A DNA stretch of 63,829 nucleotides, filler included, from Collodictyon triciliatum (Eukaryota): assembly GCA_043381765.1 (NCBI GenBank). It is 5 parts of 5 records of this genome, joined end to end, with 100 filler letters (N's around TTAATTAATTAA, not from the genome) between each part and the next. Parts side by side here need not be neighbours in the genome. Positions count along the whole stretch, not along the records: positions 15,071 to 30,073 come from JBHJMP010001749.1; positions 30,174 to 45,124 come from JBHJMP010001750.1; 3 more parts are not named here. One strand, 5' to 3'. Below are positions 18,301 through 31,215 of the stretch, piece by piece. The stretch's first letter is position 1, and every line of letters begins with the position of its first letter. The position numbers and the translations under genes were made by a program. A model generated the notes under the pieces. That model searched no databases and was not told where the DNA came from. It saw only the letters and a program-made list of their open reading frames with translations.

Positions 18301-18917
18301 GTGGGAAATATATGAAATTTAGATTTAAGGATATATGTATAATGAGTGTCTCATGTCGAATGACCTGTTATTCTGGAAGGGACAATCTGATCATCGAGTT
18401 GATTTCATCTTTTGCGTGAGGGTGAAAGAGAACGAGCAGACTGGCAGAAAAATTAAGGTAAAGATTATCTTAGAACTGGCCGGCATATTGATTCATTAAA
18501 TTGCAAACTGGCACCATATTTCTGCACGTTTATTTATATCAAATAAAATTCGGGCGTAATTTATCTCCTAGTTATCCTACGGTAGAAATGAACCGTCTTG
18601 TTAGACTTTTCTTTTCTTTTTCCGTTTTGGGTCAAACCCTAGCAATATACATTACTTTGGAAATCCCGTGACTTCTGCCAGGATTTTTTTTTAAACACAA
18701 AGAGACAGTAGACAAAAAGCTGTATTATTATCATAGTTATTGTTATTATTATCATTACGCCCAATTTACATGTACACTCGTACGGTATGCTTGACAAGCT
18801 ATCAATCGTTCTGGTGTGGGTAGCTTTATCGTAGTTCCGTCGCGCATTTCTCAGAAGATAGAGGATGCTATGAGATAAAGCATTCGGAGAAAGACTCACT
18901 CATAGAAAAACAAAAGG

Positions 18918-21900
18918 TTATTCGTCGCCGTCTGGTTCGTCGGTATCCTACATTCAAGGTGGTATTAAAAAAAATAATCAACATCAATAATTTTTTTTAA
19001 AAAATGTTAACTACTATGATAAGCAACTATATAAGCATTACATAGAAAGATAGACGGGTCGTTACAAAGAGGGTTTGCATTAAAGCCCACGCATTCATAA
19101 ATATGAAATATACCTTGCCAAAGTATTCGTCTCTTTCATCTCCGCCACTTTGAGCTTCATCTTTCACACCAGATTCTTCAATTTGAGATTGGTGGGTGCT
19201 GTCGGAGCTTACGGTAGTGACTAGCCCATCCTGAACTGTCTCTGTAGAATAATTGGCATTGGGCACAGTGGCAGAGACATTCTCGTCCCCTTCATGCTGA
19301 CTCTTTCCTCCTGTGTCAGTCTCCATCGCCATCGATTTTGTTTGGCCAGAGTTTGCACTTGTTGAGTGGGGTGAACTTGGGATGTACCATTCCATCTGGA
19401 GTGGTCCAAACTTGCCGTTGGAGCCAAACTTCATCGCCTATGGTAAAAAAACAACAAAAACATATTTAACTTGTCAAATGTATTATTTTTTATATTGGGT
19501 TTTGTTTTTGGTCAGTTTTTTTTTATTCCCTCCTTTTCAATAGATTGGGCGGGTCGTTCAGATTTGCACAATTATTTGTTTTGTGATAGATTTTAAAAAG
19601 AACCTTTTCTGCAAACGGCCTTGCTTGATACTCGATTATTGCAATGTGCCCTTTGTTTACTCGCGAGGTCATGATTCCAAATTTCTACATAATTGAATGG
19701 CATTATGATATACCAACGCTTGTCTTTGTGTTTTTGCATGTCATATAACAAAATATTTGACATTTGAAAGGATATTTAAGTCTCTAAAAGTGTAAAGATA
19801 TTTCTCAAGGGTTACGACACATACCTTGAAATAGTTGAAGAATACAGTGGGGTCCCGGAATTCCTTCGGTGGGTTTCTAATGATGATGGATTTGGGCCTA
19901 TTGTCCAGATTCATGACCTGTCTGCCAAGCATTACTGTTGGAGCCGGTGGGAGTGTCGCTGTCGGTAAGGTAACGCCCTTCATTACTGACGATGTTTTCA
20001 CAGTGTTGGGGGATACTGACGGGTCAGCTTTAGTCAGTGTTGCATCCTTCTTGTCTTCCTTTTCAGACATCTCGGCTGGACCCGCAGCTGCGGCTGAGGG
20101 TGCATTGACTACGGACGGGGTGCTCAGTCTTAATTTTCGGGACAGAATCATGCTGCTAACCTTGGCTTGCGCTTCGATTTCAGCCTTTCTTTTAAGGAGT
20201 TGTTCCACGGTTTCTTTGATTCTCTTGGTGATAACGGTACGATTTTCTATTGAAATGGTTTCTTTCCCCGAGATCGATTTAATGGATGCCTCGTGTTTCT
20301 GGACCTTCTCTTCGATTTCTTTCAGCTCTTCAGTTTGTTTTGCGGTGTATACGATTGTAATGGATTCCTAGAATTCACAAAGTTACTTGCAGTGGAATAA
20401 TTTTAATGTGAAAGCACCTCAAGTTACTATTTGTTGTACATAAAGGATTTTCTATATCATATTGCGAAACATTTACCTCATTTGAATGTGTTTTGGGCTG
20501 CTTTTTCTCATCCTGTGTTATTTGGCAGTTAGTCTATCTGTGCATATATTTATCTATTTTCGATTTAAGGCACTAAAAACGAAGCTTATAAAGGGAGAAA
20601 ATAAAAAGTTTAGAGAAGCTGTTCTATGTCGCTGAATATATAATACCTCATACTAATTCTTTAATATGATAAAAATATGTACAAACCCATCGTCTTTCAC
20701 TATTTTCTTTTTTATTATCCTTGTATGCCCATGTAACATAAATTTTTCGATTCTCAAAGATCGGCTCTGTTGATTGTAGACAAGACAAGGCATTGTCGTG
20801 GCTTTTGTACTGAATAAATGCCTTTTGCTTCGGAGCACATGTCTATATTTCAATTTTTACAACGAAAATATGCATTAGATAAAGTAGAAAAGTAGAAAAT
20901 ACTAATGAAACTGAAGGGGAGTGGGGGGTAGAAAAAAAACTATTAAAATCAATGAACCTGGACTGTCACGATGGGACCAAACTTTGAGAAGTGCTCAGAA
21001 AGGGTCGTGATTTGATTAAGATCATCAGGTATGTTATGTACGCAAAGTTTGGTTTGTGAAAACTCTGGTTTTTGTCTTTGTGTCGGGGTTTGCTGCTCTT
21101 TCTTGTTTGTTCCTTCTATAGAATCTTGATTTGGATTGATTCCTTCCGGATGAAGGGATTCGATATCCTGCGGGAGGTTATCATGTTCATGCTGATGCAG
21201 CTCGCCTTCGTTACTTACATCGCCTGAAGTTATCGGCTGTGATGGATTTCCATGAGCAGGATTTTGCAGATTTTGACGACGTTGTGATTTGGTAGATGGA
21301 TTTCCTTGTAAAAAAAAAGTGTAGAAGTTAGTGTATGTCATCTTCATAATCAGCCAAATATTAATAAGTAGGGGAATGCCATATTCTTGGAATAAAACAA
21401 GCAGATTGTATGAATTCATTTCCTTTGTGTTTCCTTCTGATTATTGATTAGCAATAATAATAAAATACCAAGAAAGCTGTTGGATCTAGAGTTGCGCATG
21501 CGTGAAAGTGCTTGGAAAGGCATTCCAGAAAGAGAACTTCCCTCAGGGTACCCCATTTGATTGTTTGGCACGATAAATTGGCCAGGCAATCCCAGAAGTG
21601 GAGCTGAGCGACGCTCAGACGGTAAGTTAGGATTTTCAGGGTCATACGCTGCTTTCCATTAAAGAATATTCTGGTCAAAATCTCTCTTTTTTCTTCTTTT
21701 TTTTAAAAAAAATAAAATAAAATAAAATATTATGTACTTTTTCATGATAAAGACAAATACCGTCATGTGGATTTGCAGGGGTCATAAATGAGCGATTGAT
21801 GCGCGGGTCGTAGTGCATTTGATCAGCAGGGGACATTTGGATGGGCATTTGCATAGAGAGGGGTACAGGCATGTGCATCGGCATTTGCATTTGCATTTGC

Positions 21901-23719
21901 ATATGAAGGTATCTTTGCCTGTCAACAGACACTGGCAACCCATCCATTCCCACCGTGTATTTAGGTGGGACCCCTATAATCGGTTGATAAAATCCCTTTG
22001 CTTGGCCACCCATTATAGGCGGCTGTTGCAACAAACTTGGACCCGTCATTGGTGCAGGCTGGGCAACATGTGGGCCAGATGACACGGAAGAATGCTGTAG
22101 GGGAAGCAGTCCGGTACGTGATTCTGGTATGGCATCTTGTGGGCCTCGGGTTTGAGGGCGCTCGTCTCCACGGTTTTTGGAGCGTTGACGGTCACGATCT
22201 CTATCTCTATCATTTTCCCGAGTCCTGTCGCGGTCTCTATTTCTATCCCTGTCGCGGTCTCTATCCCTGTCCCTGTCGCGATTCCTGTCCCTGTCGCGGT
22301 CTCTGTCACGGTTTCTCTCCCTGTCATGGTCTCGGTCTCTATCTCTATCTCGGTTTCTCTCCCTGTCACGGTCTCTATCACGCTCTCGGTCTCTGTTTCG
22401 TCGGCTGTCCTTGTCTCGTGTTGATTCTCTTCGAATATGACCATGTCGGCTGTCATTATGGGATGGTGTGCTGCCCAATGGAATAGTAGCTGATGATGGG
22501 GGAATACCAGAGTCTACGACAACATCAGATTGCATAATGGACACGTGTATATCGTCCTCATCATCGTCTTCCTCTTCCTCTTCATCGTCACTAGTGGAAC
22601 CAAGGTCGTGGTAAGAGTGGTTGCCTTCATTTCCGTCTTCATCTCCATGAACAAGTCCTTCCTCATCTCCATCGTTAGTTGCACTTATGTCGGTTGTTCC
22701 TTCATGTGCTGGTTGCCCTTGATTGTCCGATATCTCATTTGCGTCACTTACATCTTCATTATCGATGGGACTTTCATTTGCATCCCCTTCAATCCGAACA
22801 CGCTTTCGATCGAATTCCCTGTCTTCATCGTCTTCGTCTTCAAGATCAAAAGATGTATGAAGTGTGCCTTGATGACCATCAGATTCATCGTTTGCAGACG
22901 CTTCAGCGGCGAGCATATCACCTGAAATGGATGAACGGAACTGCGGAAGCTCTTTGATTAAGCGATCTGCAAAGGTGTCTGTATCTAGTTTCCATTTAGT
23001 TTTTTTTTTTAGTCTACATGCTTTTCGGAAAATAAATACAATCATGAAAAACGATATTGATGTATGCTTAATAAGATCTATATGTATATAACAACAAAAC
23101 AAAAACAAAACAAAAAAAAAGGAAAGAGAAAGAAATTTCCATTATGTAGTCATACACTTTTTTTTTCAGCAATAAATATATTTCACAATTAAGTTGATCT
23201 GAATGTTAGTTTTCATTCTTTTAATGTGGCATCGGAATTCATTCGAAGGGGTGATATACTCGGATATTCGGGTGAATATTACTTGTCTTCAGGAAGGACT
23301 GGATATTTTCCTGAACGTTCTTTTTAATCTGAGGGAAGCTGTCTTCGCACTCGAGAATCGCCAGGATACAGTCCACGAGGGCCGAACGAACGTCTTCGTT
23401 GGTTACGCCACTTTTGTGAAAGAATAAAAAGGCAAGGGAAAGAGATATTAGTCGTTGAAGGATACTCCTTTTTTTAAAAAAAAAAATAGACTTTTTTTTC
23501 GTCTATGAAAGGATATATAATAGAAAGGGGAAAAGAAAAAATACCTGCGAGTAGTATAATCAATAGTCGAAAACGAAAAAAAATAATTAGTGGACGAAAT
23601 ACGTCAGAAAAAAAAAAGTAATAGTATAAGGGGTTTCCTGTCGGATGTACTTACTATTGCACAAGGAGACTGTTGAGCCACTTTTGCATGGAAACGGTAT
23701 CCTGCTTGCTGAACTTCAT
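18918..23719 (-). CDS. RBM26/RBM27-like RNA-binding protein (PWI-like N-terminus, RD-repeat region, two RRMs)
   Basis: N-terminal MQKWLNSLL..ALVDCILAIL..TFADRL, then an RD/RE tract and YDPENP. RRM1 is KLCVHNIPDDLNQITTLSEHFSKFG..KAFIQY..FENRKIYVTW. RRM2 is LDNRPKSIII..LQMEWY. Stop at 18918-18920. Confidence 0.8.
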
Positions 23720-24424
23720 CCGTCCCTGTAGTGTTTTCTGCTCAGTTGTGTTTCCTGGCTTTTTTTTTCTTTTTTTTTTGATTTGATTTGATGGCTTGAT
23801 TTGATTTGACTTGATTTGATTCCGCTCGCCCACAGAATCATGGCAAAACAAAGAGGAAAAAATGGCGGATCTGTTTTTCTAAAATTGGATTTCAAAACTG
23901 GAAATAAACCCGAGGGAGGAGATTGCTGTTCGGGTTTCAGCGCCGATGCCACGGAAAGATTGTCCTTGAATCAAATAAAGGCAGAAAGAAAAATGTTGGG
24001 AAGGATTATGCATCCCAGATGCGCTTCTCATATATCTTTGCTGCCTGCGGTAGACTCGTGCTTCTGACCTGTCAGTCCCATACAACGGCGCTTGCAGGCT
24101 GCTATTTGTATGGCACTCTTCAGTAGTCGTGTGATAGCTAGTTGGAAGAGAAAAGCAACCCACCAGCTTCCTATTAGGTGAGGTTCGTTATTGAATCAAA
24201 GACTTTGTCGGTCACGAAAACATATAGAATTGGTTGGACACAGTTGCATCTTGTATCTTTTTTTTTTTTTCACTTTATTCTGGGATGTGTGAGAGGAACT
24301 GTGGCTTTATCTTTTGTGCTTCTTTTCTGTATCATTTCATCAGGGTTTCTTGCATTTTCTTGTTTATTTTTCTTTTCGCCAACAAAGAACCGGCATGATG
24401 TGTAGAGAGCGCGATGCTTCATCT

Positions 24425-27200
24425 TTACGAGCGTTTGGACTCTTGAAATAACTCTTCTAGTTTTGTTTTCAGATGATTCCAATCATCTTGGGCGATTGAC
24501 TTGTTTGTCATGACATGCTGTTGATAAAAAAAGTCACCATCGTAGGTTGATAATTCGTATAGGGCAGGGAAGAGGAACCCCTCTATTTTTTCCTTGACAA
24601 ACAAAACAGCGAGCCCAAAGAGGCCATTTCCACGTAGCCACGAATAAACTTCGTCAGTGCTCCATTCTTGAACGGCATGGCTTCTCGGAACCGTGGATAC
24701 TTGAGCACCAGCAACTTGTGCGTGGGACAGAGTTCGACTCTTTTGGGAAGAGACGAGCGACAAGCTCTTTTTACGAGAAGAACGTAAATCATTGAGGCTT
24801 TTGTCCACCACCGCTCTATTGACACGTATCATACGAATATGCTCTCCGAAGCTCTCTACTCCAAACTCCTTCCAGTTGGCAGGGTTCAAGATAGGCTCAA
24901 GGTTTTTGCCAGAGACATTCTTCTCCAGCAACAGGTCTCGAGATAAGCGCACTCCTTGCCAGTGGTAGATTTCAAAAATGTCCAAATCACTGAGACTCTC
25001 TACCTCGTTGTTGAATATTTTCATATCGAGATTTCTCCATGAAGTAATATACTCATCAGCAAGAGCTCGACTGCTTTCCGGTTTTCCAGAAAATTTACCC
25101 ATAACAGCTTGGAGTGACTTGATTTCGTTGCTTTGTTTTCGGATAACTTCATGGCACGTTTTTACGTTTTGCTCGTAATCCTCGATGTCGCTGATGATAC
25201 TTTTGGCCTTGGGCCAAAGGATGGCTAATTGTGCGTCTATTTCCTCCGCATCTTTGTTCAATCCTTCCAACTTAATACCAACTTGCTCTTCCGCTTGGCT
25301 GTATGATTGTGATATAACTGTAGACACTTGAACTTGGTGCTCAATGTGAATCGTTTCAATATCCTTATCGGATGGTATTGTAGATAAGGATAACGCAACC
25401 CGACGGGCGTCTTCAACCATACCGTTTTCAGAGTATAACGCTATGTCAACAATACTAGCGGCATAGGTGGGTAGTCGACTCAACTCTCTTGATTTTTTGA
25501 TACATGTCGTCTTTTTCAAAACCTCCGGGATACTTTCGACCTAAAGTCATATGTAAAAGGTTAGTAGAAAAATAGATAGCATTATTTTAATATACTTGAA
25601 TATTTTGATTGTGCCACATACCTTATTTCCGGTCAGGTCTAACACGTCCATGGTGGTGAATTTGCTGATGAATTCAGGCAAGAAACTGACCTAAATAAAT
25701 AAGAGTAAATACTTTCTGAGGAAAATCAATCGCACTTTTTTTTTGAATGAGTGCTAAATATTTATAATATGTTAGACTTTGTTATGGGCCATATGAAGCT
25801 GGTTCAGCTTCGTCAATGACAGCAGGAAGATGGGAATTTCTGACAGCTATAGATGGAGAGATTTTAATCATACAATCATAAATTGCTACATTGGTAGACA
25901 TGAAAAGAAAAAAAAGAGGAAAATTCAAGATGGGTATGCTAAACTGACCTTGTTGCCGGATACGTTTAATTCTGTTATTTTTGTTAGCTTCGACATGTAA
26001 GTGGGCAGTATAACCAACTATTTGAATTGACGGTGAGGGACATGTGTTTCACGATTGAAATTATATCCATGGAATGAATATATATCATAAAAGCACGTTT
26101 AATCATTTGCATAAACCTCATTATTTTGTAAGTGCAATTTTTCAAGGGAAACTAATTCGCCGATTCCTTCGTTGATATATGCAAGCTATGCATAGATAAA
26201 TTAATTGCCATAAAAGAAATTTTAAACACATGAGCTCATATATGCATTGTGATTTACATCGCTCCAAATGCCAGAGAGGATACCTTGTTATCGTTGAAGA
26301 ATATTTCTTGGATTGCAATCAACCGTGAGATGGTGTGAGGAAGGAGTCGGAGCTAAAATGGGATCGAGCTAAATATCAATTTCTAACTACACCTATGATT
26401 GTATATGAAGGAATTACGCTGTTATGACTCAATGACAGTGACATTAGATTCGTGAGTCTCCCAATCGACACTGGAATATCGCTTATCTGTATTTTTAAAT
26501 GATTAACCGATTGGCAAATAAAGTAGATGTTACCCTAGATACGCAAGATTTCATAAAGCCAGCGAACTATTTATCAACTTTTAGAACGTATAATCTAAAC
26601 AAATATCATACGCGATTGTTGGAGAGTCTCAATCTGGATTGTGAAACTATGCGTGCGATGGTCTCTGGGAAGGTCTCAAACTATAGATAAGCTATTGTTA
26701 TCATGTGACAAAAAAAAAATGGAGACACTAAGAACAATATTTTGATACACCACAATTACATTCATTACGTTCTCTTTTTAGTAGTGGCTTTGAAATTTTT
26801 TTTTCCTTTATTCGAAGTAGTGGCTTTGAAATTATTATATTTGGTTGTTTGTAATGTTTTTTATTTTTTTCTGGTGATGCGATGTATTTTTTTAATTTGT
26901 CACGTTTGTTTATCATGATTTTCAAATAATGAGCTCTGGTAGAACCTCGTTATTGGACCCGTCAAAGACCCCCAGTGATGTTAATAAGCTGAAAGATGCT
27001 GGGATACTAGAGATCTGACAAGAAAAGAAAGTGAATGGATCGTATGGTATAATCTATAAGCATGCAGTATGATTGATTATGAAAATATTGGTCACAAAAA
27101 ATGTGGATCACTTTACAAAAAGCATGCATACTTTGTTGCCATTGACCAGTAAAATTGAAAGCCCAAAGAGCTTTCCTATGGACTCTGGCAATGTTGATAA
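24425..27200 (-). CDS. LRR + coiled-coil + two SAM-like domains protein; 5' end lost near or in the N gap
   Basis: Nine 69-nt LRR exons (e.g. LSTLPESIGKLFGLSILLVNGNK, ISDIPVSIGRLTNLMSLSLSHNS) precede a large terminal exon. That exon has a heptad-rich region and SAM-like segments (VSGKNL..WKEFGVESFGEHIRM; EWSTDEVYSWLRGNGL..LFVKEKIEG). Confidence 0.85.
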
Positions 27201-28444
27201 CTATTCAAACAATTCGTATGGATAATAAGAAAATAATATTGCGAACAAATGCCTCCAATAGTCATTACAACTCGAAAGGTTAGTGTTATAATTCCTTTTG
27301 CTATGGTAGGGTAAAATAAATCATATGGACTTCAAGCGTGGCAAAGAGTGGTATGCTTTCTGTCGAAAGTGCACTTGAAACAAAGAGGGATAAACAAATA
27401 GGATGAATACGACAAAGCGGTTGCCTATGCTAAGTACATNNNNNNNNNNNNNNNNNNNNNNNNNNNNNNNNNNNNNNNNNNNNNNNNNNNNNNNNNNNNN
27501 NNNNNNNNNNNNNNNNNNNNNNNNNNNNNNNNNNNNNNNNNNNNNNNNNNNNNNNNNNNNNNNNNNNNNNNNNNNNNNNNNNNNNNNNNNNNNNNNNNNN
27601 NNNNNNNNNNNNNNNNNNNNNNNNNNNNNNNNNNNNNNNNNNNNNNNNNNNNNNNNNNNNNNNNNNNNNNNNNNNNNNNNNNNNNNNNNNNNNNNNNNNN
27701 NNNNNNNNNNNNNNNNNNNNNNNNNNNNNNNNNNNNNNNNNNNNNNNNNNNNNNNNNNNNNNNNNNNNNNNNNNNNNNNNNNNNNNNNNNNNNNNNNNNN
27801 NNNNNNNNNNNNNNNNNNNNNNNNNNNNNNNNNNNNNNNNNNNNNNNNNNNNNNNNNNNNNNNNNNNNNNNNNNNNNNNNNNNNNNNNNNNNNNNNNNNN
27901 NNNNNNNNNNNNNNNNNNNNNNNNNNNNNNNNNNNNNNNNNNNNNNNNNNNNNNNNNNNNNNNNNNNNNNNNNNATTGCCTAACAAGCACGATCACTTGC
28001 GGACAGACTTAGGCCATCCTTTGGGATATTACTTAGGTCGGCGGCCAGAGAAGAGAAATGTGTCTGTCGGCTTATGGCTTTGGCGGAAAAAATATAAATG
28101 GAGACATAATAATTTTGTCCTTATACAGAATTTGAACCTAAAATAAGCAATTTTATTGAATGATGCTTTTGGATATTATCTATTGCTGGAATATATTTCC
28201 TCGAGCCATAGTTTTGTGGTAGTTATATTGGGTTCATGCACCAAACTACGCTACAACATCGAGGAATTCCATCTTATGTCTATAATGAGGCTTTCTTCCC
28301 ACAGTTCCCGCCCTGGTTGAATCGTATGGGAAGCTGTTAGAAAAGCGAGAGGAATGAGCAGCCGCACGAATGACATCCTTTCTTTCCCCTTTTTTCCTTT
28401 TCCTTTTCCTATTTCTTTTCTTTTTTCTTTCCTTTTCTTTCCTT

Positions 28445-28547
28445 TCCTTTTCTTTTCTTTTCTTTTCTTTTCTTTTCTTTTCTTTTCTTTTCTTTTCTTT
28501 TCTTTTCTTTTCTTTTCTTTTCTTTTCTTTTCTTTTCTTTTCTTTTC
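28445..28547. repeat. (TTTTC)n microsatellite
   Basis: Read directly from the sequence. Confidence 0.95.
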
Positions 28548-28579
28548 TGGTCAGCTAATCAGCCTGTCCAAACACTTAG

Positions 28580-30021
28580 ATGGAGAATCTGGACTGCAAT
28601 CTCGACTTGGACGATCTCTTCGCCCATCGCACACCAAAGGTTGTGATCGTCAAGGATCGGTATCTGGGGATGCTCCACTATATCTTCATGGGCGGTATTT
28701 TTGGGTAGGATACACATATCTTACTATATATAATTTACACTGATCTGAATAGAAGGGGTTCTTGGCCATTGGTTGCCTCTTTGCCCTGCCACGGCATGCT
28801 TGTCTTTGTCACCTGTAACTATTTTGCATACCCCATTCTTAGCTACATCGTCATATACGTGATCATCTTGTCGAAAGGCTATCTGGAGGAAGACATTCCT
28901 GTTGTAGCAACCCGCATGACCCTTCGAGAGGTATTATAAGATTTTAATAAGTTTTTTTTTACTGCAAAGAATTTTAAGGTACTGCGGGTAGATAAAAAGA
29001 GAAAGAGATATAACGGAATACAGCTTTGTTTGAAGAACTCCCCTATTGAGATATTATTTAAAGATACCAAATGAAAATTTGTGTTGTCTTTTTAAAAAAT
29101 AACAATAATAAAAGTTTGCGATCATAGCCATCTGCGGGAGGTTTAAGTCGCAGTTTAAACCTGTGTAACTACGATGCCAACAGAACAGATATCCTGGAAA
29201 TGGATTATTGCGCCCAAAATCCATCATCGCCAAGCCCGATACAGTGTGAATATGCTGACTGGCAAGCCGTTGTGTTTGTATTTCATAATCTATAGGAAAA
29301 TATGATAAATTTATCAAATGTAATCCAGATAGACTTTTTTTTTTATTCTTGAGCTATATTTCAATATTCCACTATATATTGTATCGTTCCGCTATTTGTT
29401 ATTGTATCTTATGCATGTGCGTATCTCTTTACATTTGTTCACCAATACATGAATTAGATGTCCAGCCGATCAGCCAGATAGCATGTTTATTACCACATCG
29501 AATACCCGAACCCTGCAGGTGACGATCTAAATTATTTCTTGATGTGCCCTCATCAAACAATATATACCACCAAACTCGGCTAAGACTCTTCCATGACTTG
29601 CGCGCAATTGGAATTATATCTTTCTTATTTTGTTTCGTAAAAAATAAATAAATCAAAACGCCCTATCTCACTTGCATTATATTTAGGAATCACGATGCGA
29701 CCCGCGCACGGACGCTTGCTACTATGAATTTACTACTATTAGCAAGGAGGAAACTTATATAGCGAATATTGAAAACTTTACTGTAAGAAAGCATTCTGCT
29801 TTATTCGAATTTATTTCAATAAAATATTTGTATATTATTTGAATGTATTACGAAGTATTTATGGTATGGGTTACGCAAATGATTTTTTTTCGATATCAAT
29901 CCCAGATTGGGGTTTTTCATTCTGTTAGAGCAAATGCCTTTTACTCAGAAATGGTTGAAAATGGAGACTGGGATTTCAACGGAAACCCATACAAGCAATC
30001 CAATATCGCAGCTAGCAATTA
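28580..30021 (+). CDS. P2X receptor (ATP-gated channel family), N-terminal part; truncated by the contig end
   Basis: Spliced MENLDCNLDLDDLFAHRTPKVVIVKDRYLGMLHYIFMGGIFGYIVIYVIILSKGYLEEDIP..TRMTLRE..SMFITT..YIANIENFT resembles the recalled Dictyostelium P2X N-terminus, TM1 and YIADIESFT motifs. Confidence 0.85.
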
Positions 30022-30073
30022 GTAAAGGAAAAATATTCATAATTATGAGTGCTGGACTATTATCATCAATGAA

Positions 30074-30173
30074 NNNNNNNNNNNNNNNNNNNNNNNNNNN
30101 NNNNNNNNNNNNNNNNNTTAATTAATTAANNNNNNNNNNNNNNNNNNNNNNNNNNNNNNNNNNNNNNNNNNNN
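30074..30173. other. Artificial 100-nt contig spacer
   Basis: Same N44-TTAATTAATTAA-N44 structure. Confidence 0.95.
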
Positions 30174-30259
<86 letters not shown>

Positions 30260-30289
30260 AGGACTGAGTATCATCCTAGTTTGAATTTA

Positions 30290-31118
30290 AAAGGTCGTAG
30301 ATACCCTTCGCCGATGCGAACTCTGTCAGAAAATTGGCTTTTAAATTCAACTAGAGATTAACTCACATTTAGCGAATATAACCGACATCAGGTGTACCCT
30401 CTATTTTTTTTAAGATGGAATAATATAAAGATACGTGGTGCTTCATAAGGTTTTGAGACTGCAGTATAACGGAATGGCAGATCAGTGGCATTTACATCGA
30501 TTCTGATTGATAAGATAGTGTGAACTAATGATTGAAAGGTGGCCATCATAAAATAAACGTGCGAAACTATTCATATTATGTTAGAATCACAATATCCTGA
30601 ATACAATTCAATGAAAATATGCATTTTCCCCTCATTTTGGGATAATTTCACAAAAATATTAATTAGAGATTGTATATGGTTATGCAAAAGAGTTCGGTAC
30701 GCGCGTTTGACTTTCATGCTAAGAATGGCACGGAAGGCTTCGGGGTCTCTCAACGCATCTTCCTTGGATATACCGTATTGCGCTAAAGACTGGTTATAGT
30801 CCACTGGATATCCCTAAATATGTACATCAGCAATCCTAATTTCTTTTATAATACTGTAGATGATAAATGACAGGTTCACAATTTTACGTAGAAATCTAAA
30901 CTGTGGTCACTGTTTCACTTTTTCGCTTATTCTGAAAGCGTCATGGGGGATGGATGCACTCACAGAGATAGACATTTTCCCTTCACCAGCCCCTATGTGA
31001 ACGACGTGGTGGACCCCAAAGGGAGATCCGATGTCCGGTTCGTTGGCTGCATAAAAGCAAAAACGAAATATTATGACTCCCTGTATTAAATACAGCTATT
31101 ATATGGCTTTCTACCTTG

Positions 31119-31215
<97 letters not shown>

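Larger units (their letters stand above)
15845..18315 (+). pseudogene. Decayed Fanzor1-like (TnpB-derived RNA-guided RuvC nuclease) gene, interrupted by a LINE insertion
   Basis: Intronless. Motifs: TYLFARCYIL, HNNIKEHFVKRLLRFI, HITLDT, MIQTDGLAVSLLF (16731-16769), RuvC-I-like VGAD..KFNLV (Asp 17381), FRKMRW..GDWS, RuvC-II VDELRTFKIC (Glu 17951), RuvC-III TRDIN (Asp 18097). Several stops and frameshifts. Confidence 0.85.

Noticed and set aside
13855-18315. LINE ORF1 and Fanzor as one composite element
   Set aside because: An artificial contig spacer separates them, so there is no evidence of physical linkage.
27321-28146. Long ORFs across N runs (also 61678-62817)
   Set aside because: They are open only because of the assembly gaps.
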